Notes under the pieces: generated by a model
What the model was told of the DNA's origin: nothing
Databases searched by the model: none
The model's input: only the letters and a program-made list of their open reading frames with translations
From: Paraspadella gotoi
Lineage: Eukaryota > Animalia > Chaetognatha
Direction: 5' to 3'
Length of the DNA stretch: 64,000 nt
NCBI GenBank assembly: GCA_051294375.1
Contig: CM119271.1
Location: 7,740,162-7,804,161 of the forward strand
Shown: positions 10,567 to 24,686 of the stretch, in pieces
Layout of the letters: each line of letters opens with the position of its first letter
Position numbering within the stretch: the stretch's first letter is position 1
Translations under genes and position numbers: made by a program

Positions 10567-13319
10567 TCTTTTCAAGCACACTTTTGTCAAGCCGTCTTTT
10601 CAAGCACCCATTCACGAGTACTAAGAGATCTTCCCAAGCACCAATCCTTACAAAAGCCGGTTGGTATTGGCNNNNNNNNNNNNNNNNNNNNNNNNNNNNN
10701 NNNNNNNNNNNNNNNNNNNNNNNNNNNNNNNNNNNNNNNNNNNNNNNNNNNNNNNNNNNNNNNNNNNNNNNNNNNNNNNNNNNNNNNNNNNNNNNNNNNN
10801 NNNNNNNNNNNNNNNNNNNNNNNNNNNNNNNNNNNNNNNNNNNNNNNNNNNNNNNNNNNNNNNNNNNNNNNNNNNNNNNNNNNNNNNNNNNNNNNNNNNN
10901 NNNNNNNNNNNNNNNNNNNNNNNNNNNNNNNNNNNNNNNNNNNNNNNNNNNNNNNNNNNNNNNNNNNNNNNNNNNNNNNNNNNNNNNNNAGAGAGAGAGA
11001 GATAGAGGAGGAAAGTCTCAGCGATGACGTCAAAAAAGAACGTCATTGTAACGTCGCACTGACGTCATCCCGACGTCACAGTAACGCCGAAGAAAAAGCT
11101 AATTCGAGACGACGGCGGCAAAGGCGGTTCCTATGGCAACCACAAGCGAAAATTGGAAACAAATTCGAGAGAAGCGAAGATTGGATGAGAAGAAGGGATA
11201 GAAGGAGAGGAATAATAGATGCGGGGGGGGGGAGAGGGAATGAAATGAAATGAAGAGAGAAAGAAAGAAAGAAAAAGAGAAAGAAAGACTGAAAGAATGA
11301 AGAAGGAAAGAGAGAAAGAAAAAAAAGACAGAAAAGAATAAATAAATAAATAAATAAATAAATAAAAAAAAAGAAAAAATATAAAGAAAGATAATATAAG
11401 GAGAGGAAAGGAAAGTAAAGGAAACTATAATCAACATGGGAAGATATCAAAAAGCAAAAAAATAAACAAAGAAATACAACATCAGTAGCTGATGGAAAAG
11501 AGATTCTGAAACATTTACAAAAAAATGGCGACCCGACCTGAGGACTGATGATAAAGAAAGAGAGAGAGAGATAGAGACAAAGCGAGAAAGAAAAAAGACA
11601 AGAAAGAGATAGAGAGAGAGAGAGAGAAAGGAAGGGAGAGAAGAAGAGGATTAAGTCTTCCAAACGAGACTCCCAATTTTCTTTTTCTCCTCTTTTTTAT
11701 TTCCTTTTATTCGTCCAACTAAACTCTCTCAATTTTCTCTCTCTCTCTCTCTCTCTCTNNNNNNNNNNNNNNNNNNNNNNNNNNNNNNNNNNNNNNNNNN
11801 NNNNNNNNNNNNNNNNNNNNNNNNNNNNNNNNNNNNNNNNNNNNNNNNNNNNNNNNNNNNNNNNNNNNNNNNNNNNNNNNNNNNNNNNNNNNNNNNNNCT
11901 CTTTTCACACTCTCTTCCCGTCTCGCTCTCTCCATCTCCTCTTTAAGTTCAACCCTATATTCTCACATTTTCTTCCCTTTATCCATTTCTCTCCTCTCCC
12001 TTCCTTTCTCTCAGCCCTTTAACCTTGAAATCTCAAACTTTCCTTACCCAAGCGCCCTCACCTCGTCGCAGGAGGACTTTTCGCCCATCTTTCCAGAACT
12101 TACCAGGTCCCAAGAGACGTTCCTCCTGCTCCCTTTAGTTTCTTGTCCCGCCCACAGGCTCTTCCTCGCCCAAACAGCCGCCACGGTCTTTCATCTTTCT
12201 CTCCCACCCTCATCGCCCAGTTAAAAATAAAACGCCCACAAACTAATCAGGAAACAGAGTTTTCCATATTGTAATTTTGTAGTTTAGACTCAGACTTTTT
12301 AACTCGTGCGCTTGTAGAAAAAAAAGGGGTTCAATTAGGAACATGCGAATAGAATTGTAAAAGTTGTAACGTGAAACATCTTTTTCATGAGTTAATGCAT
12401 TTGAAAGGCGACGAGTGTAACTTTGCAACTTTAGAGATTTGAGATTTGAGCCTCGGTAATCTCAAGGCCGATCGTCGTCGTCGTCATCGTCGTCGTTGTC
12501 TTCATTTTGGTCGTTGTCATCTTCGTCGTCTTCATTTTTGTCTTCGTTCTTATCTTTTTCGTCTTGGTCGTCATCGTTGTCATCTTCGTCGTCATTGTAT
12601 TTGTCTTCATTTTTGTAGACGTAGACGTCGTTATCTTTTTTGTCGTCATCGTCATCATCTTGGTCGTCATCGTCGTCGTAAACTTTGTTGACGCCGTCGT
12701 GTTCATCTTAGTTGTCCTTTTCTTTATCTTCGTCGTCGTCNNNNNNNNNNTCGTCGTCTGTTTTTCCTGATTCCGCCCAACAGAAAATGAAAAAAAAAAT
12801 AAATGCACTCAATCGACAACGCCGTTGGCGCTGTGGTCGTCGCAGCCGGCGTCTTCATCGTCGTCGTCGTCGTCGTCGTCGACGTCACTCGAAAACATCA
12901 ATAGAGATTTCTATTCCTGTCAGAAGACGAGGATCTAATTCGAGAATCTCCCATTTTTGGGAGGAACAGAAGGGCGAGTCCCTTTTAGTCGAATCGGGTA
13001 AGCTCTTACTCGACTGCGATTCGACCACCTAGAATTTTACACAATCAAATCATGATTAATTTTTATTTTTTTCAGGCAAACCGCGTGTCTTCTTAAAACT
13101 TTTTAAACAATGCGAGAAAAAGACCAGAATAGAACTCAGAACTTTATCAGTGATTCGTTGATACTAAAATAACATGAAGTATGTACTTGAAGTTCAATTG
13201 AAACATGTTCAAGTTGAACATTTTCCGCTTTTTTTTTGGTCGTTTCTTAAACAATATTTCGTAAGGATATAGAAAATGTATGCGATTCGAGTTAGTGTAT
13301 GAGCAAAGGTAACGCAACT

Positions 13320-14095
13320 AGAGTCTACGTCGTTCTTAGACAAGTCGAGGAAGGAACTTTTTTCAATGGAGATTTTTCTTTTTAAAATTCTGATACCAAA
13401 TAATGTCAACGCGCCCTGGGAAAAATTCAGGTTGAAAAATAGATGTAAAAACAGTCGATTCCGATCAGTTGGCATCTGAGGGGCTCGCATTTTTTTTCTT
13501 CTTGACAAATAACCATCATTTTGACATCAGAACCATCCGATTGCAAATGGACTTGGTCCGCTCGGGAAAATATTTTTGACGCAATTTTTTATATATAAAA
13601 TAAAGGATTTCTCAACTTCATACAATGTCAACGCATTTTAAAGTATGTGTCATCTTTTAATAAACTTTGAATTCAGGGAATCCGATAGCAATATGTCTGA
13701 AGGGCTCTCAAAACTTTTCTTTACATTTCCATTTGGTTAATTTAATATGATATGATCGATGTTAAAGTGAATTTTTTAAGGGGTGGTCCCATTTTGGTTG
13801 AAATTTTTATTTAAAGTAAAAGTAAAAAGAGGAAGCAAACGCATCGGAATTTCTAAGGAGTTTTCAACCGGGAGTCAGGATGTCGGGAAAAATCTTCTAT
13901 GGCGACAAAATCTTCGCAAAGAAGGGGTGGATTTTCGAAGATTTTGCGTTATAATAATTTTCTTAATTTATTCGGGTGCGGATTTTTTTTTGAACCTTAA
14001 AAATAGCAATAGTTGCCATCATTCTACGATTGGCTGGTCAAAGAATAATATTTAAAAAAACCTCTGACTTTTTTCGTCAGGCTTAGTTCCTACGC
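13320..14095. repeat. Interspersed repeat copy 1 (about 0.78 kb, probable non-autonomous transposon)
   Basis: Colinear similarity to 30302-31075 (gagtctacgtcgttctt, ttcaatggagattttt, ttaaagtaaaagtaaaa, ttttcaaccggga, gcttag.tcctac). Confidence 0.7.
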
Positions 14096-14553
14096 AACTG
14101 CTCTAGAATTAGCTAAACCTGATTCTGATAGAAGATAGGCGAAGATAACTTCTAAATTAAGAGGTCTAAAAATTCCACGAGGGAAAAAAACTACGGCACG
14201 CTATCGCGATTATAATACGTGGATGATGAGTAATCGATGTGTGTTAATATTATATCCAGTGGATGACAAAACTGGAATAAGGCTGCCAGTAATATCGAAC
14301 TGCACTCACGTATATAGATGAAAAACGATAGAAATGCGCACTGTTCACTTGTAGCTGAACTTGATGCGACGGATGCATCGGTCTCTCTCCGCGTGAGCGA
14401 TCTATATAACTACCGTCGATCTCTTCTCTCCGCGGATCGGGTCTTCGGCACCTCGTGAACCGCCGACCAAAAAAGGCGGAACGACCAAGTCCTGGTTTAT
14501 TGGCTTTGGCTACTCTTCTCTGCTCTCTCTCTCTTTCTACTCTTCGCTCCTCC

Positions 14554-14607
<54 letters not shown>

Positions 14608-14774
14608 CTTTTCCTCCGAGCTTGTTCTTCCCCTCGTTTTCGTCTGGTTCTGTTTATTTTTCATGTTTCCGAAATGGGAGGGAAAAAAAACGCGCGTAAA
14701 AAAAAAAGAAAAAAACTATGGTAAGTTATGAAAGTCTGAAGTCAAAGGAAGATGACCACGAGGACGATGAGTGA

Positions 14775-14819
<45 letters not shown>

Positions 14820-15144
14820 TAGACGGTAGACACAACATAAGTTTTGGCTTCTCACGTAATATTTAATATTTATTCTCACGTAATATTTAGGCAATAACGT
14901 ATTCGAACAAACAATCAATCAAATCATCAATTCATCCAAGTAATCAGAAAAGCAAACCATCTCACTGAAAGACAAATGAATAAGTAAACATGTAAATAAA
15001 TAAATGAATAAATGAAAAATTAATGAATAAATCAAACAATCAAATGCTGAATCAATCGAAAAAAGTATCAAATCGATAAGTTATCGGATGAATACACCAA
15101 TAAATAAGTAAATCCTCTCAATTCAATTAACTAATTAAATAAAA

Positions 15145-15260
15145 TGAAATGAAATGAAATGAAATGAAATGAAATGAAATGAAATGAAATGAAATGAAAT
15201 GAAATGAAATGAAATGAAATGAAATGAAATGAAATGAAATGAAATGAAATGAAATGAAAT
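15145..15260. repeat. (GAAAT)n microsatellite
   Basis: Perfect pentanucleotide tract. Confidence 0.97.
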
Positions 15261-15276
15261 GCAAAAATCCACTCAC

Positions 15277-15446
15277 CCGGAACTCGGTACATCAGCACTT
15301 GCGAGGATCCGCTGAAGGAGAGTTGCGAAAAGGCGAAGACCCTGAACTTGTAGGCGACGCCGCGTTGGAGGTTCTCCACTCGGTGGTTGGAGGCGTCGAC
15401 GAGGCGATCGCTCAACGCCTCCCAGTCGGGGGCGGAGACGCGCCCG
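15277..15446 (-). CDS. tutl: Turtle-like gene, second FN3 domain, C-terminal half
   Basis: WEAL..HRVENLQRGVAYKFRVFAFSQLSFSGSSQV is an FN3 motif. Phase-2 acceptor caccag|; phase-1 donor G|gtgagt joins the TM exon. Confidence 0.88.
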
Positions 15447-15953
15447 CTGGTGGAGTGGACGGATGTTGGAGGATTTAGGGGGGGNNNNNNNNNNNNNNNN
15501 NNNNNNNNNNNNNNNNNNNNNNNNNNNNNNNNNNNNNNNNNNNNNNNNNNNNNNNNNNNNNNNNNNNNNNNNNNNNNNNNNNNNNNNNNNNNNNNNNNNN
15601 NNNNNNNNNNNNNNNNNNNNNNNNNNNNNNNNNTTCCGCACGAAAATGCATCGTTTTTAATGTGTTTGTTTTATTGTTTTTTCACGTATCTTTTTCAATA
15701 GAAATTCCCTGTTTGATCGCCTCTAATTATTTTTAATATCTTATCTTTATCTTTATTTTCTTCTCAGAAATCTAGAGAAAAAGTAGATTTTTCTTTCTTT
15801 TTTTTTATTTTCTCTAATCCATATCTCCTTTTTTTTTTTACGCCCATAGCCTGGGATTTATCGCTGCATAATTTTTTTTCCCTTTCCTTTTATCCAGTTT
15901 ATTTTCATCGCGAGTTGCCATTTTGTTTTTTTTTTCTTCCTCCCACTTCTCAC

Positions 15954-16018
15954 TTGATCTTATCTCCCGAGGCGGGAGACATCTTGCGGCCTTCGACGAG
16001 ATAAAACAAAATCGGCAC

Positions 16019-16051
<33 letters not shown>

Positions 16052-16086
16052 TGGCGCCGACGTCCACGACAGATTCACACTTCGTC
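15954..16086 (-). CDS. tutl: Turtle-like gene, second FN3 domain, N-terminal half
   Basis: RSVNLSW..PILFYLVEGRK. Acceptor ttccag|; phase-2 donor AA|gtgag matches the next exon. Confidence 0.85.
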
Positions 16087-17341
16087 CTGGAAATAAAAAG
16101 AAACCATTGAGTAAACAAAGAGAGAAAAGGGATCGAGTTGTGTGGTTGAGGATGTGGGGGGGAATGTGGAAGTTGACTGTGTGGGGCGGGTGGTGATTGA
16201 GGAAATGAGCGGGCAGGGGCGTGTGAAAAGGGTAGACAGTAGACAGCCACCACAAAGTCGTTGGGCAAGGGCTCCATGGCTCCATGGCTGTCATTGTAGC
16301 CGGTACAAGTCCGTTTTATAAATATGCTGAATCGCTTTTGAAATCAAATAAAAAAATATTTTTGATAAATAAACACATAAAAAACAAAAATAATTTTAAC
16401 TCAGCTTAAAAATAAGTTAAATATATTTATAAATTCATCAAAATTTATCAATTTATCAATTTATTCATCAAAAATCAATCAAATTTATCAAAATCTATCA
16501 ATATCAGTCCCTGCCATGGTTGAATACGGACTTTCAGTGGTAGCATTGGCTTTTATGGGTGACCCGCTAAANNNNNNNNNNNNNNNNNNNNNNNNNNNNN
16601 NNNNNNNNNNNNNNNNNNNNNNNNNNNNNNNNNNNNNNNNNNNNNNNNNNNNNNNNNNNNNNNNNNNNNNNNNNNNNNNNNNNNNNNNNNNNNNNNNNNN
16701 NNNNNNNNNNNNNNNNNNNNNNNNNNNNNNNNNNNNNNNNNNNNNNNNNNNNNNNNNNNNNNNNNNCTATTTTTTTTTCTATTTGAGACGAAGAGGGAAT
16801 AGAAAATCGATGTGACTCGATCACTGTGAGACCAGTTGATTTTTAAAACTGGGATTATAAAATCGAATCACTTAGATATTTATTTATTAATAGATTTATT
16901 AGTAATGATTTTTAATATTGATAATTCTTTGGATTTTTGAATTGTAAACAAAAAGTTTCAAAGCAAAATAATAAAAAAATATTTATTAAAAAGATTCATA
17001 AATATTAGTTAAAATTACATTAACTTTGATAACGATTATTTAATGTTATCCCTTTAAACAAGAAGATTATTCAAACCANNNNNNNNNNNNNNNNNNNNNN
17101 NNNGACCAGATGAAAACTTTTAGGTTTTAAATAAAATGTATTTGTACTTTAAATGAAAAATTTAATTACTGCAATATGCAAATTAGATTTTAGGACCTTA
17201 AACCTTTTTTCGAGGGAGAAGGTTCCATATCGTCGACGCCGTGCTTAACTTTGTATACATCCTCACCCAATACATTTAAAACTGTTTTTAGGAATGTGTA
17301 AAAATATTATAACTTTTTTTTCTTTCCTACTTTCCCTGCAG

Positions 17342-17431
17342 GCCGACTCTTCCGACGTAACGTTCTTTTTCCCGCCGGACCGCAGCCTCCGCCGCCACCG
17401 ACCTAGAAGTCCAGCCGCTCGTCGACGAATG
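17342..17431 (+). CDS. tutl: Turtle-like inter-FN3 linker exon lying in a locally inverted segment; the minus-strand copy is at about 22477-22579
   Basis: cctgcag|GRLFRRNVLFPAGPQPPP(P)TDLEVQPLVD..|gt. With about two single-base indel corrections suggested by the second copy, it bridges the 63803-63981 and 15954-16086 exons in phase 1. Confidence 0.6.
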
Positions 17432-18241
17432 GTTCGTGTGTTTGATAATGTTTTCTTGCTTTAGTAATAATTAATATTAATCAATTTACTCTTTAAATTT
17501 TAGTTATCGTAGTTCGTTCGAAATCAAATTATAATTTATTTGCTTGAACCACTGACATGGCAAGACAAGGGTAAAATAATTATAATTATATTAAAAAAGC
17601 TCCTCTTTTGGCATAAATGGTTATCAGCCTCTGCCTCAAAAAAAAAAAAAAAAAATCATTTTTAAACATTTGATTATATAGTTTTTATGAAATGGTTCTT
17701 AACATTTTTGAAATGTTTTGAATTTTCAATTGGTGTTATTAGTTTTCTATCATTGATGCTGGTATACATTCATTTGTTTAGCGCGTTGTTATGGATTTCG
17801 TTAAAAAAAAAGTTCTCTCATGAATATGATAATGGTATAACCAAGATGTTTAACAGGCATATCGTACTTCGGTTAACCCACCATTCTGATCAATGGATAC
17901 ACAAACGGAAAACCAAACAATTGATTTCCTTTGAACAATAGTTGTATTTATCACTTCATCACCTCCTAACGAAGAACGACGAAAATTTTCTGTTAACTAA
18001 CGATGAGAAAAAAAACCGCCGCTACCGAGAAAATTCAACGGAGAATCTTTAACGCGACTCGGCGCCGCATTCGCGCCACTTCTCCACTAATTATCATTCC
18101 CACCAGTATTACTATTATCATAATAATTACCCCATTTAACAAAATGCGGATCTCGTAATAAAAAATAAAAAGTTCTTGATCGCCGCAAAAAAAAAGAAAA
18201 AAAGTGAAGCGTGTGAATATGGAGGAGGCGTCAAACTCTAG

Positions 18242-19031
18242 ACGGCGTCGCGGCGGATCCAGCGGCGCCCCATCCGGAACCGGAACCGGCGCCCCATCCG
18301 GAACCGGAACCGGCGCCCGATCTCCAGCATCTACCGGCGCCGGAACGCGATCCCGAACGATTTACGACTCGGCGGCCGGAAGTCGCTCGACGAGGCCGAC
18401 AAAGGGAACGCCGACGACGAGGACGAGAACGCCGACGACGACGATGACGACGAAGAGGACGACGCCGCCGGGAACGACGACGATGAAGACGAAGACGACG
18501 TCGACGAAGATGACCGAGTTCTCGACCGGATATTTTTCCGAATCTCCGAGGTGAATGAATGAATGAATGAATGAATGAATGAAATGGAGTAAAGGAAAGG
18601 AGGATGAGAGGGAATGAATGAATGAATGAATGTTGAAATGAACGGCGAAATGAATTAATTAGTTGATGAGTGGATGGCGGGAATGATCGATCGTTAGTTA
18701 AATAGATACTTAGATAGATTGTGGATTAGTTATAATTTTAGAGAGGAGAGAAAGAGAGCGTATTTGCATTCACGTTCTCCACAGAGTTATCAAGGGTACG
18801 GACTGATACGGTTATACGGACAGAATAACGGATGAAGGGACGGATTAATGATTAGGCGGACGAACGTATTGATAAAAAGGTGTATGGACTAATTAACCGA
18901 TGAGCGGATGGACAGATGGACCGATTGAATAGACGCTTGATTTTTATCGCAAAAATCTCGACTTCGCTCCAACTCGTCCAGGTGAGGAAGACCTTCGGTG
19001 AGGCTCATAAATCCAATTTGCATAACGGGGA

Positions 19032-19118
<87 letters not shown>

Positions 19119-19541
19119 AACCTGAAAAGTGGGAGGTTTTAAACATCGATCTCTCTTTTTTCCTCAATTCCTCATTCCCGTTTTCAAATTGCGCGAAAAA
19201 GCAACGACGCGAACTCATGAATTAGCGAAACGGCATTTCTGATGAAACTTGCGATATTATCGTAATTATGCAAAACGGATTGTACTTATATCCAAAGATA
19301 ACGCGTGATGAGGTTAACCTTCTCATCTCCAAAGTAACTTGCGGTTGATTGGTGCTTTTTAAAAACGAATGAGTGACGAGGAAAAGCGTTTGTTGAGATC
19401 GACGAACTCTGCAACATTTCCAATTACATTCCTTTGCTTCAAACTCCCCGAATCACCGACAGCTTGAGAAGCCAACTGGTCGAGAATCTTCGCGAAACGG
19501 AGAGAAAGATCGAGGAGACGCGACAACTGGCGACGATACAG
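18242..19541 (+). CDS. Possible exons of an unidentified plus-strand gene (acidic and coiled-coil segments)
   Basis: GC-rich islands ending in donors: ..DRVLDRIFFRISE|gtgaat (18550), ..ISTSLQLVQ|gtgagg (about 18981), ..LRSQLVENLRETERKIEETRQLATIQ|gtgc (19541). No family recognised. Confidence 0.3.
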
Positions 19542-20314
19542 GTGCAAAGAGGGGGGGGGGAAGTTTTAACAGGTGCTGTTGCAAGAATATGCCGCAAATA
19601 GCTTCTTAACAACTGTAGCCAATAGTCGAACGACAGCGACCTCTCCAGCGTTCCTTCCCTTCTCTCCGCCAGGCGGAACGACACGCTCGCAACACCATCT
19701 TCGGCCGGCTCCCTCGGCGTCTCGAGACGGCGTTCGCGGCGCTGGGTTGCATCCTCGTCGTCATCGTCGTCGTCGCCGTCTTCTTTTCGGCGACTTTTTG
19801 GACGCCGTCGCTGGAGGAAGAGGCGCGCGTGTCTGCGTGCGCATCGTCGCCTTGCGCGCACGGATTGTGTATCGACGTGCAGGTTGGGTTTTGGGTGGGG
19901 GGGAGGGTGGCGGGGGGGGACCGACGGACCGACCCGACCCGTCGCCCGATGGCAACGTCCGACCTTCCGATGGCACCGAACGATGATTCTTCTTCTCCTC
20001 AATGAAGAAGAGAATTTGTGGAATCGGAATTTGTAAAATATGAATAACGGATATTTTATTCATCGAGTTATCGCCCTGTCTTCTTGTCGTCGTCGTCGTC
20101 GTCGTCGTCGTCGTTTGAAATCGTCATCCCCTTGATTGTGAACCAACTTTTCTTTTCAGCGTCGTCATCGTTGTCGTTGTCGTCGTCGTTGTCGTCTGTC
20201 GATATCAACGAGAAGAAGGTAATGATCATCATGGATTCCTGATGGTTGTCGTCCCCGTGATAATCTCATTCAAATTTATCATCAACAGAATCATTGTCAC
20301 CTTTGATATCATCG

Positions 20315-20379
<65 letters not shown>

Positions 20380-20750
20380 GTCGTCGTCGTCGTCGTTATG
20401 ATCTTTCTCCCTTAAGTCGTTCTCCTCTTCCTCTTCCTTCTCCACCCCCCCACCCCCGCACCCCCCAGCCGCCCTTCCCCCCCTCCCCCCCAAGGGGAAG
20501 GCGAAAAAAAACCCTCGTTCGTTTTTGTTTTTTTAAAAAAAACCGATAGTCAAATTTTTCGAGCGCGAAATTGATTTAGAAACTCCGTGAATAAAGAGGA
20601 AAAAAGAAAAAAGGAAAAAAGAAAAAGGAAAAAAGAAAAATAGAAAGTAAAAAAGAAAAAGGAAAAAGGAAAGAAAAATCTCGTTGAGCCGTTGATAAGG
20701 CAATCGAGAAAGAAGATTTCTTGCTTTATATTTTTTTTTGGTCTTTCATT

Positions 20751-20781
<31 letters not shown>

Positions 20782-20843
20782 CGTTAGTTTTAGTTAAATC
20801 GAGAGGTCGTTTTTAGACGACCGCCATCACGCCTTTTTTGTTG

Positions 20844-23800
20844 TTCCGCGACGAAAAATGCATCCGTTTTAATGTGTTTTGTTTTATTGTTTTGTTCACG
20901 TATCTTTTCGAATAGAAATTTCCCTGTTTTATATCGCCTCTAATTATTTTTAATTATCTTATCTTATCTTTATTTTTCTTCTCAGAAATGCTAGAGAAAA
21001 GTGGGATTTTTCTTTTCTTTATTTTTAAATTTTCTCTAATCCATTATCTCCCTTTTTTTTTTTTTTTTATTTTTTAACGCCCATAGCTCCCCTGATTATT
21101 TATCGCTGACATAATTTTTTTCCCTTTCCTTTTTATTCCAAGTTTATTTTTGCATCGCCGAGTTGCCAATTTTTGTTTTTTTTTTCTTCTCCCCACCTTC
21201 CTTCAACTTAGATTCTTATCTTTCCCGATGGCAAGGGAGACATCTTGCCCGGGCCCTTCGACGAGATAAACAAAAAATCGGCACCGACGACCGACGACGG
21301 CGACGATGACGACGATCGACGATGGCGCCGACGTCCAGACGACAGGATTTCACCACTTCGTCCTGCGAAATAAAAAGAAACCATTGAAGTAAAACCAAAG
21401 AGAGGAAAAGGGAATTCGAGTTGCGTGGGATGGACCTGTGAGGGGCGCAGCGGGGAAATGTTGGGAAAGTTGACTGTTGTGGGGCGGGTGGTGTGAAACC
21501 TTTTGAAGCGAATGCAGAGCGGTGGGCAGGGGTGTGCAACGTATGTGAAAAGTCGGTAGACAGGTTAGACACGCCACGCACAAAGTCGTCTGGGCAAAAA
21601 GGGCCTCCCTGGCTCTCCATGGCTGTTCATGTGTACCGGTAAAGTTCCCGTTTTATAAATATTGCATGAATGCCTTTGAAATCAAAACTTTAAAAAAATA
21701 TTTTTTGAATAAATAAACCATTCCATAAAAACATAAACAAAAAATAATTTTAATCTCAGCTTTTAAAAATAAAGTGGTGTTAAATATATTTTATAAATTC
21801 ATCAAAATTTTATCAATTTATCAATTTATTTACGATCCAAAAATCAATCAAATGTATCCAAAAATCTTCTATCAATAAATCAGTCCCTGCCATGGCTTGA
21901 TATACGGACTTTTCAGTGGCCGGTTACACTTGGCTTTATGGGTAGACCCCGGCTAAAACTTGTGGATGGATCCGGCCATTTCTCCACAGGGCCCTGGATG
22001 TGGGTTAGGATATATGTTGTGGATTGGCTTGGGGCGGGCGGTTGGGGATCGGGTTGATTTCCCGAGAAAAAGATTGAAGTGAATCGAGTGGAAGGAACTC
22101 GAAGGAAAAGAAACATGTCGTTGCCGGAGAAAACTATTTTTTTTCTATTTGAGACGGAAAGAGGGGAATAGATAATCGATTTGTGACTCGATCACTGTGA
22201 GACCATGTGATTTTAAAAACTTGGGATTATAAACATCGATAATCACTTAGAAATATTTATTTTATTAATAATTATTTTAATAGAATATTATAATTCTTTT
22301 GAACTTTTTGGTAATTGTAAAACAAAAAACGTTTTTCAAAACAAAATAATAATAAAAAAAGTAATTTATTAATAAAAAGAATGCTATAAATATTAAGATA
22401 AATCTACAGTAACTTTTGGATAAACGATTTTTTAATGTTATCCCTTTAAACAAGAAGATTATTCAAACCAACGAACATCGTCGACTGAGCGGCTGGACTT
22501 CATAGGTCGGTGGGACGTCGGAGGCTGCGGCCACAAAACTCCCGCGGAAAAAGAACGTTCACGTCCGAAAGAGTCTGGCCTGGCCCGTGGAAAAGTAGGA
22601 AAGAAAAAAATAGTTTATAATATTTTTTTAAACATTTCCTAAACAAACAGTTTCTATAATGCGTATGACACGTTTTTTGGGGAGGGGGGATTTTTTTTGT
22701 ATAACCCAAAAATAGTTATTAAAAGGGGCGCACCGGCCGGCGTTCGACTATAGGAAAATTCTTCTACCTCGAAAAAAAAGGTTAAGGTCCTTTAAAAAAT
22801 CTAATTTTAGCAGTATTTGCCAAGTAAATTAAATTCTTAACATTATAGTACAAATACATTTATTTAAAGAAGCTTAAAGTTTTTCATCTGAATGTTTTTC
22901 TTGCCTTTAGTTAAAATTAATATTAATCAATTTACTCTTTAAATTGTATTATTGTCGTAGTTCGTGCGAAAACAAATTATAAATTTATTTGGCTTGAAAC
23001 CACTGACAATGGCGAAGACAAGAGGTAAAATAATTATAAATTATATTTTAAAAAAAGCATCCTCTTTGGCCATTAAAGGTTATCAAGCCCTCTGCCTCAA
23101 ACAAAAAAAAAAAAAAAAAAATCATTTTTAAAAACATTTGATATATATAGTTTTAGAAATGGTTTCTTAACATTTTTGAAATTTTTGGAATTTTCAATTG
23201 GTTGTTATTAGTTTTACATCATTGATGCTTGGATATACATTCATTTGTTAGCTGCTGTTATGGATTTTCCTTAAAAAAAAAGTTCTCTCATGAATATGAT
23301 AATGGTATAACCCAAGATGTTTAACAGGGCATATCGGTACTTCGGTTAACCCACCATTTCTGATCAAGATGGACACAAACGGAAAACCAAACAATTGATT
23401 TTGCCTCTTTGAACAATAGTTGTATTTATCACTGGTCATCACCTTCCTAACGAGAAAAAAGAACGACGAAAATTTTTCTTGTTAACAACATTGAGAAAAA
23501 AACCCGCCGCTAACCGCAGAAAATTCAACGGAGAATAATTTAAACGCGACTCGGCGCCGCATTCGCCGGCCACTTCTCCACTAATTATCCATTCCCACCA
23601 TATGTTACTATTATCATAATGTAATTACCCCTTTAACAAAATGCGCGAATCTTCGTAATAAAAAATAAAAAAAAAGTTTGTTGATGCGCCGCAAAAAAAA
23701 AGAAAAAAAAAGTGAAGGCGTGTAAAATATGCGAGAGGCGTCGATCTTCTAGACGGCCACGCCGTCGCGGGGGATCCAGCCGGCGCCCCCCATCCGGAAC

Positions 23801-24645
23801 CGGAAACCGGCGCCCCATCCGGAACCGGAACCGGCGCCCGATCACTTCCGATCTCCCGCATTCTACCGGCGCCGGAACGCGGGGATTCCCGAAGATTTAA
23901 CGCTCGGCGGCCGGAAGTCGCTCGACACAGCCGACAAAGGCGTAACGCCGACGCGACTGAGACGAGAGAAACGCCGACGACGCGATGACGACGAAGAGGA
24001 CGACGCCGCGGGAACGAGACGCATGGAAAGACAAGACGACGTCGACGAAAACATGACCGAGTTCGTCGACCGGATATTTCCGAGATCTCCGAGCGGTGAA
24101 TGAATGAATGAAATAATGAATGAATTGAAAATGGAGTTAAAGTTAACAGATGGATGAGAAATGAAATAATGAATGAATGTTTGCAAATGAACGTGCGAAA
24201 GATGAATTAATTAGCGTTGATGAAGTGGATTGGCGGGAATATGATCGATCGTTTTTAGTTAAAAATAGATACCGTAGATAGATGTGGCATAGTTATAAAA
24301 TTTTTAGAGAGCGAGGAAGAAAGAGAGCGGTATTTGCATTCACGTTCTCCACAGAGTTATCCATAGGGTACGCGACTGATTGACGGTATACGGACAGAAT
24401 AACGCATGAAGGGACGGATTAATTGATCAGGCGGACGAAGCGTATCATAAAAAAGGTGTATGACTAATTAACGATGAGCGGATCATGACAGATGGACCGA
24501 TTGAATAAGATATTCAAATCGACGCTTGGATTTTTTATTCGCAAAAATCTCGCACTTCGCCTTCCAACTCGTCCAGGTGAGGAAGACCTTCCGGTGCAGG
24601 CTCATTAAATCCAATTTGCATAACGGGGGAAGAGAGAGAGAAGAG

Positions 24646-24686
<41 letters not shown>

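Noticed and set aside
6219-12808. Long ORFs in the track made of X runs or poly-R/S/T/D/LS
   Set aside because: They arise from N gaps and (GAC)n, (AG)n or (AAAG)n microsatellites.
18510-18550. VLDRIF as a Cys-loop receptor M4 motif
   Set aside because: No hydrophobic helix follows and no other receptor exons were found.
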